A DNA stretch of 43,814 nucleotides from a virus (Duplodnaviria > Caudoviricetes): positions 1 to 43,814 of IMG/VR virus record IMGVR_UViG_3300011423_000014; one strand, 5' to 3'. Shown here in pieces: positions 7,488 to 15,550 of the stretch. The stretch's first letter is position 1. The number at the start of each line of letters is the position of its first letter. The notes beneath the pieces are model-generated. The model searched no databases and was not told the DNA's origin. It was given only the letters and a program-made list of their open reading frames with translations. The position numbers and the translations under genes were made by a program.

Positions 7488-8174
7488 GAGTACTTAGGTA
7501 CTGTTTTTGAGATTATCTACAAGTTGCTACGATCGTCTCAATTCGTAGCACACTTTGACTGCCCAATCGCTGCGCCTCCGCCCTGTTTCGCCGGGGAATT
7601 CGTCCAAACGTGGGTATCGATCCCTCGAATGGGGGTAGTTTACGTGCATTCCAGGGCGTAGCCTTGCCGATTAACGCGAGAGCGAGCGAAGCGAGAGCAA
7701 GCAGGACTTCCTCGATGCGTGGCACACGCGAGGTGCGTACCGCCAAGGCTGGGAATCGCCCACGGTCCGGAGAATGGGAGCCTTCTGTATCAGGAGAGGC
7801 TCGCGGCCATCTCACGATGTGGGATGCTTTGTGCTGCGAAGCACACTGTGCTGCAGCAGCCGGCCGCCTGGCGAAGGCCTGGCCCTGCGGGCAGCCTCGA
7901 CCATCGATAGGGCCGGGGCACCCCCTTGCCGGGGGGGCGGCCGCTTTCAGTTGCTGGCAGAGCCGAGCGTGGTGGAATTTTCAGGTTATGGGGAATTTCG
8001 GGATTGACGAGTGCAGTAGGCGCTATGCTGCTGCGCTAGTAGTGTACTGTTACCGGAAGCGGAGGAAGAGCGTTTTGTAACCCCCCTGTGTCCCCCCATA
8101 GTCCTACCCGTTGTAATTCCGGCTATCCCAGTTCGGGGTGGAGAGCACCCGAAGTCCGACAGTTTCGCCGCGAG

Positions 8175-8699
8175 CTACTTCGTACGCGGTTCCCACGGGA
8201 GTGCGTCGGCACCCTGTGGATCCTGAGGACGGCCAGCGAGCGAGGCCGTTGCGGGGACCGCAAGACCAAGACGCACGATGGGAGCCGTGTGGCCGCGTTT
8301 GAGAGAACCACTACCGGTCGGACACGACACGGAGCGTGAACCCGTATTAGGTGCAGAGTCTGGTACGGCAAGGCTGGATTCTGGTATGAGGCCGGCCGTC
8401 TTTGATGGTCTGCTGCGGGAAGCCTTGGAGGCGTTCTGAGAATTCTTAAGAGCCTTGGCTCGACGCTGGTAGCGGAGCAGTTGGGCTGGAGTGAAGCGGA
8501 AGAGGTCTGTGTTGTTGTCGACGAAGGAGGGGTTGGCTTTGAGGAAGGCGAGCCAAGCCTCGTTTTTGTCGTCGGGTTGAGGGGAAGAGGCGACGGATTG
8601 GGCGTGATCGGAGCGGAGGCGTTCGAGTTCAGCCGCTTGGGCGGCGAAGCGTCGTTGCTGTTTGGCCTTTTTGATCGGCATGGCTAACGCGCCGGACAT
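8175..8699 (-). CDS. Hypothetical protein
   Basis: ORF track; N-terminal half looks protein-like and the tail is low complexity. Confidence 0.4.
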   Translation of the reverse strand: MSGALAMPIKKAKQQRRFAAQAAELERLRSDHAQSVASSPQPDDKNEAWLAFLKANPSFVDNNTDLFRFTPAQLLRYQRRAKALKNSQNASKASRSRPSKTAGLIPESSLAVPDSAPNTGSRSVSCPTGSGSLKRGHTAPIVRLGLAVPATASLAGRPQDPQGADALPWEPRTK

Positions 8700-8713
8700 C
8701 GTCCGGACAGAAG

Positions 8714-8870
8714 CAATTTAACGTCTCCAATCATGATCCTGGCGAAGAGAAAGCGCAACTGGTTTTTTAGGGAGGGCTGTGGAAAATCGTGGAGATGTGA
8801 TACGCTGAGGGCGTTAGGCAATCTAACGCACCGAACAATTTAACGCACCAGCGCCTCCTCCGGGAGGCGT
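8714..8870. repeat. CAATYTAACG(CACC) repeats, inverted repeat and hairpin between divergent genes
   Basis: Copies at 8714, 8819 and 8836; GCGTTAG-N5-CTAACGC at 8811-8829; GCGCCTCC-TCCG-GGAGGCGT at 8851-8870. Confidence 0.6.
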
Positions 8871-8889
8871 TTGTGTTATATGGCTAGGT

Positions 8890-9132
8890 ATGAAGTGGAT
8901 CGACAACACCTACTGCCAGGACAACGGATTCTTCACGGGCGGCATTTACGGGCAGAATACCGGCGGGAAGTATCCGGCGTGGTATGCGGGGGACGAGTTG
9001 GGGAAGTTCCTGGAGGTGGCGGACGCGAAGTTTGCGATCGAGCTGGCGCACGCGAGGAAGACGCGGGGGCCGTTGCCGGTGCGGATCCGGCTGGGACCGG
9101 TGGATCACACGCGGAAAGCTGTGATAGGCTGA
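8890..9132 (+). CDS. Hypothetical protein
   Basis: ORF track; first rightward gene. Confidence 0.6.
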   Translation: MKWIDNTYCQDNGFFTGGIYGQNTGGKYPAWYAGDELGKFLEVADAKFAIELAHARKTRGPLPVRIRLGPVDHTRKAVIG

Positions 9133-9274
9133 GCAAGTTCGGAACTGTATAGCCATATGCACGGGGGCCGCGGTTGATCAGAGCCGCGGCTTTCGTGCCA
9201 TAATCGTGGAGACAGTCTTGTGTTGATCCTTGGGCGGCGAGGCAGATCCCACTCCTCAGCCGCCCGATTCATTT

Positions 9275-9487
9275 ATGCGTGCGATCCATCTTCGTTGTCC
9301 GGGGTGCCGGGAATTCGAGGTGAGTCTGGCCGATACCGGGGAGTACTGCTGCACGGCGTGCGGCGAGTGCGGCAAGGCGAGCCTCGACAGCGGCCGCGTC
9401 CTGTGGCGCAGGGATCCGGGTTGCCATCCCAGGTTCCGGAAGCCGCCGGCCAAGGCTGAAACGGTTGCCCCTTCTCCGGCATCTTAG
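9275..9487 (+). CDS. Small zinc-ribbon-like protein
   Basis: CPGC...CCTACGECG. Confidence 0.5.
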   Translation: MRAIHLRCPGCREFEVSLADTGEYCCTACGECGKASLDSGRVLWRRDPGCHPRFRKPPAKAETVAPSPAS

Positions 9488-9685
9488 CATCGAGGGCGCA
9501 GCGGCCTCCGTTTACAAATCCTTCCGATGCGGGTTGTTTTGTTATCCAGGGCGGAAAACCGTTGCGCCCGCCTCAAGGTGTGGTCAAATTGACGGCAAGG
9601 GTGCCGCGGCGCGGGAGCGTTCCTTCGATACTTAACGTACTGATTCCCCAACTTCCCGGCTTGGCACCCGTATAATCTAAACCGC

Positions 9686-9714
9686 TTGACCCCATCCAGG
9701 TTTCTAGCTACCAT
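9686..9714 (+). promoter_or_regulatory. Sigma70-like promoter
   Basis: TTGACC-17-TACCAT, with TCTAG in the spacer and an ATG 11 nt downstream. Confidence 0.6.
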
Positions 9715-9725
9715 TCTATCTAACC

Positions 9726-10223
9726 ATGTCCGAATCCAACGGGGAAGAAGCCCCCACTTCCAGAACTCCACAGCGCGTATCGAAATCAATTGACTGGGCC
9801 GCCGACAAAGGGCTGCTCATCTTCGAATGGCAGGACTCGGAAACCACGGTCCTCGACCTCGCCGAATTGCCGCAGAATATCCAGACCGATCTTATGTACT
9901 GGGGGCTGATCGCCCGCTGCCAGCAGGCGTATGTGATGGCCAAAGGCTCGCCGAAAGTAGCGCGGGAGAAAGCAGGGAAGCTCTGGGAGCAGCTTAAGTC
10001 GGGCGACTGGGGCCTTCGCCGTGGGGAGCAATCCTACAGCATCACGGTCAGGGCTCTGGCCGTCCTGCTCAAAACCTCCGAGGCCGAAGCCCAGGCGCGC
10101 TTTGCCGCTTTGCCCGTCGACAAGAGGCGCGAAGTCTCTTCCCGGTCCGACGTGGTGGCGCAGGTCTTGAAACTCAAAGCCAAGGCCAATCCCCTTCAAA
10201 GCTTAGACCAGATTTTGAAATAG
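9726..10223 (+). CDS. Hypothetical protein
   Basis: ORF track; follows the promoter; C/G-ending codon bias. Confidence 0.75.
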   Translation: MSESNGEEAPTSRTPQRVSKSIDWAADKGLLIFEWQDSETTVLDLAELPQNIQTDLMYWGLIARCQQAYVMAKGSPKVAREKAGKLWEQLKSGDWGLRRGEQSYSITVRALAVLLKTSEAEAQARFAALPVDKRREVSSRSDVVAQVLKLKAKANPLQSLDQILK

Positions 10224-10241
10224 TCCGTCAGGAGAATAACC

Positions 10242-10718
10242 GTGCCCGAAGAACAAGAACAAACCGCCGAAGCCGCCGCCATCGATCCCTCGAAGATCCT
10301 CGTGCGCGCGATGAAGGGCTATCTCTACAGCCCGTGGAACAAGAAACTCTACTACACCCACAACCGTGAGGAGGTCGGCCCCTCCACCTACAACCGCCCC
10401 TGGAGCGTGAACCTCGGCTATGGTTTTTCGACGCCGGTGTACCCGCTCAATCCGGTCGACTATCCCACCCAGGACACCGCCGACGACATCCTCGTCTGGG
10501 CCAAACAGAACTGGCCCACGCTGATCTTCGACATCTTAGTCCCCACCCCCGACGGCTATGTCACCGAGTCGCAATACTGGCTGGTGGTCAATAACGGCGA
10601 CGACCTGTGGGAAGTCTACTCCGCCGGCTGGTGGGCCTTTGACAAGGACAAGGACGGCGAGGCCGCGGCCATCGAGCAGCGCACCGCCGAGCTGCGCGCC
10701 GCCGGCTTCAGTGTGTAA
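10242..10718 (+). CDS. Hypothetical Trp/Tyr-rich protein
   Basis: AGGAG SD with GTG start; strong codon bias. Confidence 0.75.
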   Translation: MPEEQEQTAEAAAIDPSKILVRAMKGYLYSPWNKKLYYTHNREEVGPSTYNRPWSVNLGYGFSTPVYPLNPVDYPTQDTADDILVWAKQNWPTLIFDILVPTPDGYVTESQYWLVVNNGDDLWEVYSAGWWAFDKDKDGEAAAIEQRTAELRAAGFSV

Positions 10719-10721
10719 CCC

Positions 10722-12371
10722 GTGGTCTATTACGGGGAGTGGGATCCCGGAAAAGCCGCCTGGCTCCGCGAGCTGATCACCGAAGGCGTGATCGCCAATG
10801 GCGAGGTCGACGAGCGCTCCATCCTCGATGTCAAAGCCCAAGACCTCAAAGGCTTCACGCAATGGCATCTGTTCGGGGGCGTGGGGATCTGGCAGTATGC
10901 CCTTCGCCAGGCGGGGTGGCCCGATGACCGCCCCGTCCTCACGCTCTCCTGCCCCTGCCAGCCGTTCTCGGCGGCCGGTGAGCGCCGCGGAGTGGAGGAC
11001 GAGCGCCACCTGTGGCCGGTAGCTTTCGAGCTCATCCGGGAATTGCAGCCGCCGGTGTTATTCGGCGAGCAGGTCAGTTCGAAGGATGGGATCCAATGGT
11101 TCGACGGAGTCAAAGGCGATCTCAATTCGGCGGGGTATTCGGTGTGCGGCTTCGACATGCCGGCGGCGGCCTTCGGAGCTCCCCACATAAGACAACGCTT
11201 ATACTTCACGGGGGTATCGGATGCAGATGGAACTGTTCTCCACGGCGTCGGCGGCCGAAGAGGATCTTCAGCAAAGGATGCTGGGGCGGCTGATGGCAAC
11301 CACGAACGGGCTCCGCTCCACGCTCTACTCCTACCGCTGGAAGATGAGGAAGACGCGGAATGGGACGATGATTGCCTCGCTGCGGGCGAATGGGGTCCGG
11401 CCGAATCCGATGATGGGGTGGCCGTCCCCGATGAAAGCGGACGGGATGGGCGGCCCGCGGCCGTACAGCCTGGAGCGGAAGACGGGTTACGGAGCGCAAC
11501 TGGGGGATGCGGCGGCACTGGCGGGCTGGCCCACGCCGGTGCAGGGAGATGTGCGGAGTCCGGCGACCCCGGAGTCGGTGGAGCACGAGATCGAGAAGAA
11601 CAACCTGCGGGGTACGGTGTTCCTGGCGGGCTGGCCCACTCCGACCAACGAGGATTACAAGAAGGACGGGCCGAAAGTGGAGGCTCGTCTGGGCACCTCA
11701 GATCTGAAGACGTGCGACCAGCGGCTGAGGAACTTCGCCCTCCTGGCGGGCTGGCCCACGCCGAATGCCTCGAACGGGAGCGGGGGCGGGCAAGCGGCGA
11801 GGGCCGGAAATCCAGAGCGGTCGAACGAACTGAACGACTTTGCGATGCTGGCGGGCTGGCCCACGCCCTGCGTGAAGGACGACAACAATTCGCGGATGTC
11901 GCCGGAGGCGGCAGCGCGGGAGTTGCTGCGCGAGGGGAAGGGATCGAGCCTTGCGAGTTCAGCCACACTGGCGGGCTGGGCCACTCCGTGCGCGAATCAG
12001 GCGAACGGGGAACCGGAAGCTTTCCTGGAACGGAAGCGGCGATCGGTGGCGCGCGGGAGTTCGATGGGAATCTCAGTAACGGACTTGGCAATGCAGGCCC
12101 GGTTAACGGCTTCTGGCGAGGGGCCGATTGGGTTTATACGAGAGCACAGCGGCTGGGAGACGCACCCAGCCTCCGGCCAATTGAATCCTGCCCTAAGTCG
12201 CTGGCTGATGGGCATTCCGGAGATCTGGTGCCGGTGCGCCATCCGGGCTTCCCGCTCGCTCAAGGCGAAGAAGCGCGCGTCCTCCGCCTCCGCGGTTACG
12301 GCGACGCCGTTTGCGCAGAACAAGCCGCCATGTTCATCAGAGCGTGGCTAGAGGAGGAAGACTCTGCCTAG
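10722..12371 (+). CDS. DNA cytosine-C5 methyltransferase, large (alpha) polypeptide lacking motif IX
   Basis: Motif I LFGGVG, IV CPCQPFS, VI GEQV, VIII PHIRQRLYF, X LRGYGDAV. Confidence 0.9.
   Translation: MVYYGEWDPGKAAWLRELITEGVIANGEVDERSILDVKAQDLKGFTQWHLFGGVGIWQYALRQAGWPDDRPVLTLSCPCQPFSAAGERRGVEDERHLWPVAFELIRELQPPVLFGEQVSSKDGIQWFDGVKGDLNSAGYSVCGFDMPAAAFGAPHIRQRLYFTGVSDADGTVLHGVGGRRGSSAKDAGAADGNHERAPLHALLLPLEDEEDAEWDDDCLAAGEWGPAESDDGVAVPDESGRDGRPAAVQPGAEDGLRSATGGCGGTGGLAHAGAGRCAESGDPGVGGARDREEQPAGYGVPGGLAHSDQRGLQEGRAESGGSSGHLRSEDVRPAAEELRPPGGLAHAECLERERGRASGEGRKSRAVERTERLCDAGGLAHALREGRQQFADVAGGGSAGVAARGEGIEPCEFSHTGGLGHSVRESGERGTGSFPGTEAAIGGAREFDGNLSNGLGNAGPVNGFWRGADWVYTRAQRLGDAPSLRPIESCPKSLADGHSGDLVPVRHPGFPLAQGEEARVLRLRGYGDAVCAEQAAMFIRAWLEEEDSA
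11221..12351 (+). CDS. Nested +1-frame polypeptide (putative MTase beta subunit) with six GWPTP modules and a motif IX-like end
   Basis: 376-aa ORF lying wholly inside the MTase gene; LAGWPTP repeats; GQLNPALSRWLMGIPEIW resembles motif IX. Confidence 0.8.
   Translation: MQMELFSTASAAEEDLQQRMLGRLMATTNGLRSTLYSYRWKMRKTRNGTMIASLRANGVRPNPMMGWPSPMKADGMGGPRPYSLERKTGYGAQLGDAAALAGWPTPVQGDVRSPATPESVEHEIEKNNLRGTVFLAGWPTPTNEDYKKDGPKVEARLGTSDLKTCDQRLRNFALLAGWPTPNASNGSGGGQAARAGNPERSNELNDFAMLAGWPTPCVKDDNNSRMSPEAAARELLREGKGSSLASSATLAGWATPCANQANGEPEAFLERKRRSVARGSSMGISVTDLAMQARLTASGEGPIGFIREHSGWETHPASGQLNPALSRWLMGIPEIWCRCAIRASRSLKAKKRASSASAVTATPFAQNKPPCSSERG
11410..11987 (+). repeat. Array of 20-bp direct repeats CTGGCGGGCTGG(C/G)CCAC(G/T)CC separated by unrelated spacers
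   Basis: Copies at 11518, 11623, 11743, 11848 and 11968, with a degenerate copy at 11410; periods 108, 105, 120, 105, 120. Confidence 0.9.
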
Positions 12372-12925
12372 GCAATGTGTTTCCAAATCTTCCTGGTGAT
12401 GATGCCCGAGCAGTGACCGGGCTTTATCCCAAATTTGTCAGCGATGTCGAGTTTACGCCATCCGTCGACGTAAAGCTTCCTGATCTCTGCGATATCGCTT
12501 TCGCTCAGTTTGGCCCTCGGATTATTCACTCCGCGTCGTATGGCTTCCGGATGTCTTCGGTAGTAGTGGTTCTCGCCGGACTGCATCCGCCCCTTCGAAG
12601 CCGCGTCTCGCATGTTGTCGGCGAGGGTGCCCAAGAACAGATGGCTGGGATTGCAACAGGCGCGAACGTCGCAATGATGGCAGACAAAGAAATTCCCTGG
12701 ATCGACACCGTGCCCGAGAAAATAAGCAAGGCGATTCGCTGCTACAACAATGCGACTTCTTGGCCCAGCCGGAGTAATACCGAAACATCCATATCCGTCG
12801 CTGTTCCTCATACCGGCTGTCCAAAGCCAGCACTCCGAATCGGAGCGGCGATCCACTTTTTTCCAGAATCTTTCTTTATCCTTCGCGGTAAGCGGAGGTA
12901 GCGTTCTACAATCTTTCAAGCCCAT
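12368..12925 (-). CDS. HNH homing endonuclease with C-terminal HTH (paralog 1)
   Basis: RFWKKVD..CWLWTA..GYG..NRLAY..VCHHCDVRACCNPSHLFLGT..DN..D; AKLSE..I.EIR..FGI. Confidence 0.9.
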   Translation of the reverse strand: MGLKDCRTLPPLTAKDKERFWKKVDRRSDSECWLWTAGMRNSDGYGCFGITPAGPRSRIVVAANRLAYFLGHGVDPGNFFVCHHCDVRACCNPSHLFLGTLADNMRDAASKGRMQSGENHYYRRHPEAIRRGVNNPRAKLSESDIAEIRKLYVDGWRKLDIADKFGIKPGHCSGIITRKIWKHIA

Positions 12926-13000
12926 GCGATCTCCTCGGAAAGGTCGTATCGGTCAGAGTCGGGTGGCGCTTCCAACGCCGCTCGGCTCGATCCATTCTAC
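12920..13000 (+). ncRNA. HNH-associated antisense two-hairpin element, copy 1
   Basis: ATGCGATCT-cctcggaa-AGGTCGTAT and GAGTCGGGTGGCG-cttccaa-CGCCGCTCGGCTC, fully paired with G-U on the + strand; TAGAAT -10 on the - strand. Confidence 0.7.
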
Positions 13001-13088
13001 GTGATTTCGATAGCGGAACGTCATGTTCTTTTGGTACTCTTGCTAGCAATCCCCGGCACCATGCCCGGCTTTCTAGAAAGGTACTTCG

Positions 13089-13781
13089 ATGATCAGAACA
13101 TTCGTTCTTGCGTCTCTTCTCGCACTCGGCACTTTACCCGCTGGTGCTACTTTGTTATCGACGCTCCTCCTTCCCGGCGGCTCTTTGTCAAATGGTTTGT
13201 TAACTGTAGACTCGTTTGAATTTACGCGCACCTGCGGCGGCATCGGTGTGTGCGCTCCCCTCGATGCGTCCGGCATCGACGTCACGCTCGTCAATAACCA
13301 GATCCGCTTTGCCGGCGGCTTCACCGCGCTCTCGAACGGGGGCTTCGCCAGTGCCGATTTCCTCGTCGCCTACCACCTCAATTCCACCTTGGCCATCGGC
13401 GGGGTCGGCCTCCTCTTCAACGGCGCCGTGGTTGGCGATCAGTCGTTCGCCGAAGTGATCGAGTCCATCATTGCTCCGATTGCTCACCTCGCCGGACAGG
13501 GTCAGGTCGACGCTCCCGGCGGTCCGCTCGCCGATGCCATCATCCTCGATGGCGCTTACCATAACCTCAAGATAGTGAAAGATATTTTCCTCGTCGGCTC
13601 GGACTCGGAAGGTCTCGGCTACGCGACGATCTCCCTGATCGATCAGTTCTACGTCGGAGTGGGCGTCAACCCGCTCTGCGTCGAAGGCGTGGACTGCGAG
13701 CCTGCAGTTCCTGAACCCGCTACGTATGGAATGATGGCTGCCGGTTTGATCGGACTCTACTTCACCAAGCGCCGGTCCTAA
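13089..13781 (+). CDS. PEP-CTERM sorting-domain surface protein
   Basis: N-terminal signal peptide; C-terminal VPEPATYGMMAAGLIGLYFTKRRS (PEP motif, TM helix, basic tail). Confidence 0.92.
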   Translation: MIRTFVLASLLALGTLPAGATLLSTLLLPGGSLSNGLLTVDSFEFTRTCGGIGVCAPLDASGIDVTLVNNQIRFAGGFTALSNGGFASADFLVAYHLNSTLAIGGVGLLFNGAVVGDQSFAEVIESIIAPIAHLAGQGQVDAPGGPLADAIILDGAYHNLKIVKDIFLVGSDSEGLGYATISLIDQFYVGVGVNPLCVEGVDCEPAVPEPATYGMMAAGLIGLYFTKRRS

Positions 13782-13819
13782 TCAGACTCCCTCCGTAACA
13801 CGACCCGGTAAGCTGGTAA

Positions 13820-13862
13820 GGGCCAGGACTGATCGGCAGATCCTCCTGGCCCTGTTTTTTTT
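13820..13862 (+). terminator. Rho-independent terminator
   Basis: GGGCCAGGA...TCCTGGCCC stem followed by a T run. Confidence 0.8.
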
Positions 13863-13889
13863 GCCTTGCGAGAGAAGCGGCTATATACT
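13861..13889 (+). promoter_or_regulatory. Sigma70-like promoter
   Basis: TTGCCT-17-TATACT. Confidence 0.6.
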
Positions 13890-13899
13890 CAACATCAAG

Positions 13900-14031
13900 A
13901 TGCCGCCACCCAAAGATCCTCCGGATCCTGAGTTCGATGAGATGTTCGAACCGGACTCGCCCGACGTTCCCCCCTCTGAACCGGACTACGCACCCGCCGA
14001 AGACGCCAATGAAGTAGAGGAGCTCACGTAA
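13900..14031 (+). CDS. 43-aa acidic Pro-rich peptide (not in ORF track)
   Basis: MPPPKDPPDPEFDEMFEPDSPDVPPSEPDYAPAEDANEVEELT; follows the promoter and its stop abuts the next ATG. Confidence 0.55.
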   Translation: MPPPKDPPDPEFDEMFEPDSPDVPPSEPDYAPAEDANEVEELT

Positions 14032-14853
14032 ATGGCTGCGATTAAACTCGATCAGAACGGTCTCCCGATCAATCCTGATTTCTTCGGCGGCGGCGGACTC
14101 GGAGGCGCTCTCGCCTCGCTCCCCGGCACGCCCGTCTTAGGCGGCGGCCGCATGCCGGTCGGCCCCGGTGGCGAAGGACTCACGCCCGGCCAACCTCCTC
14201 CCGGCACTGCTCCCCCGGAGGCTCCCGGCGGCGGCATCAACGGCTACCGCTCCGACACCGGCTATGGCAGCCCCCTTGCCGGCGGCGCCCCGCAAACCAA
14301 TCCAGGACTCCCGCCTCCTGCCTCCACCGCAGGCACCGGCGGCTTCTTCGGCGGACAATCGCCGTTCCAGCAGGGCGTCACCGGCACGCTGAACAACGAG
14401 ACGGTGCCCTTCAACTCAAACCAGTATGTGACCCCAGATGCCGCACAGAGGCTTGGCTCCCTGCTCGGCGCGAATGTCGTATCTCAGAATACCCAAGGGA
14501 TGGCGAGCCCCGGCAGCGGCGCACCTTCAGCGCCCCTCCTGGGGCTAGACTTCGGGGGCCAGGGTGACGTGCAAGATGCCGCGATGGGTGCTACGCAACT
14601 CGCGCGTGGCGATCGACCGGAAGATGTCGCCGCACGCTATCAGGCGGGCCGCACAACCAAGGCGTGGGCTGGTGATAACCCCATCCCTCAGCTCGCCGAG
14701 AATTGGGATGCGCCGTACTGGAACAGGAGTACGCCCGTCTCCACCAACACGCCCAACGCCGAGCAGGCTGGCTTCTTCGGCCAAGGCGGCGGCTCCCCCG
14801 ATCAGCAGCAGGCTTTCTTTACTTGGCTCAGAGGGCAGCTCGGCCAAGGCTAA
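14032..14853 (+). CDS. Gly/Pro-rich hypothetical protein (possible virion protein)
   Basis: GAGGAG SD; codon bias. Confidence 0.7.
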   Translation: MAAIKLDQNGLPINPDFFGGGGLGGALASLPGTPVLGGGRMPVGPGGEGLTPGQPPPGTAPPEAPGGGINGYRSDTGYGSPLAGGAPQTNPGLPPPASTAGTGGFFGGQSPFQQGVTGTLNNETVPFNSNQYVTPDAAQRLGSLLGANVVSQNTQGMASPGSGAPSAPLLGLDFGGQGDVQDAAMGATQLARGDRPEDVAARYQAGRTTKAWAGDNPIPQLAENWDAPYWNRSTPVSTNTPNAEQAGFFGQGGGSPDQQQAFFTWLRGQLGQG

Positions 14854-14858
14854 GTCCA

Positions 14859-14888
14859 TTGACAGTCTTCATATTCCAGGTTTAAACT
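14859..14888 (+). promoter_or_regulatory. Sigma70-like promoter upstream of the packaging genes
   Basis: TTGACA-18-TAAACT. Confidence 0.55.
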
Positions 14889-15055
14889 TGCAGCCACATG
14901 GCGGTTACTCTCTTGAACCGCTTCGACAGTCGTTGGAAATTGGGCATTTCTGTGGTTTCGGGCGACGAACTTCAGTGTGATCCGCGCCGCCCGGGAAATG
15001 GGCCGGTGGGCGCTGACTAGGTTCATCGGCCCTCTCTTTGGAATCTGAATCGATA

Positions 15056-15550
15056 ATGGCAACTGAACTAAAGAGTCTGTCCTACCGCCATCAGGCGCTC
15101 CTCAATTGGATGCTCGCCAATCCCCACCGCCAGTTGCGGGAAGCGGCCATCGAACTCAACTACGGCCGCCAATACGTCCACATTCTCGTCCACAACGATC
15201 TCTTCCAGCAGGCGTATAAAGAAGCTTGTAAAGAATTGGGAAAAGAGGCGGTGTTCGCCGGGGCGCAGATCACGGAGAAGCTTACATCGCTCGCCCACCG
15301 CTCGCTTGATGAAGTGGATAGAAGGCTCGAAGAGAACGAACTCGAGTCGCGCGAGCTGCTCACCGCCGCCAAGCTTTCCCTGACCGCTCTCGGCTACATC
15401 AACCCCAAGGGCTACTCGACCGACATGCACGTCCACTCGCATCTCCAGGTCGACGTGAACATTATTAATGAGGCGCGCGAGCGGGCGCTTTCACGCCGCG
15501 CCGCCGTGCCCCTCACCCTCGAAGCCAACCTCGAAGAACAGGAAACCTGA
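15056..15550 (+). CDS. Putative terminase small subunit (N-terminal HTH)
   Basis: RHQALLNWMLANP...REAAIELNY...V.IL...LFQ helical HTH-like pattern; lies upstream of TerL. Confidence 0.55.
   Translation: MATELKSLSYRHQALLNWMLANPHRQLREAAIELNYGRQYVHILVHNDLFQQAYKEACKELGKEAVFAGAQITEKLTSLAHRSLDEVDRRLEENELESRELLTAAKLSLTALGYINPKGYSTDMHVHSHLQVDVNIINEARERALSRRAAVPLTLEANLEEQET

Noticed and set aside
8053-8072. GGAAGCGGAGGAAGAGCG resembling a ColE1-type primosome assembly site
   Set aside because: The match is short and purine-rich, with no supporting hairpin context established.
11410-11987. CRISPR array interpretation of the 20-bp repeats
   Set aside because: Spacers are 85-100 bp, all periods are multiples of 3, the repeats are coding in two frames, and there are no cas genes or leader.
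10730-12091. 453-aa antisense ORF over the methyltransferase as a third gene
   Set aside because: Ser/Pro/Ala low-complexity translation with no motifs; expected shadow of GC-rich dual-coded DNA.
13031-13050. Sigma54 promoter for the PEP-CTERM gene (TTGGTAC...TAGCA)
   Set aside because: GG-to-GC spacing is 11 rather than the required 10 nt.
14898-15020. 40-aa ORF after the 14859 promoter
   Set aside because: No codon bias, motif or coupling; cannot be supported.
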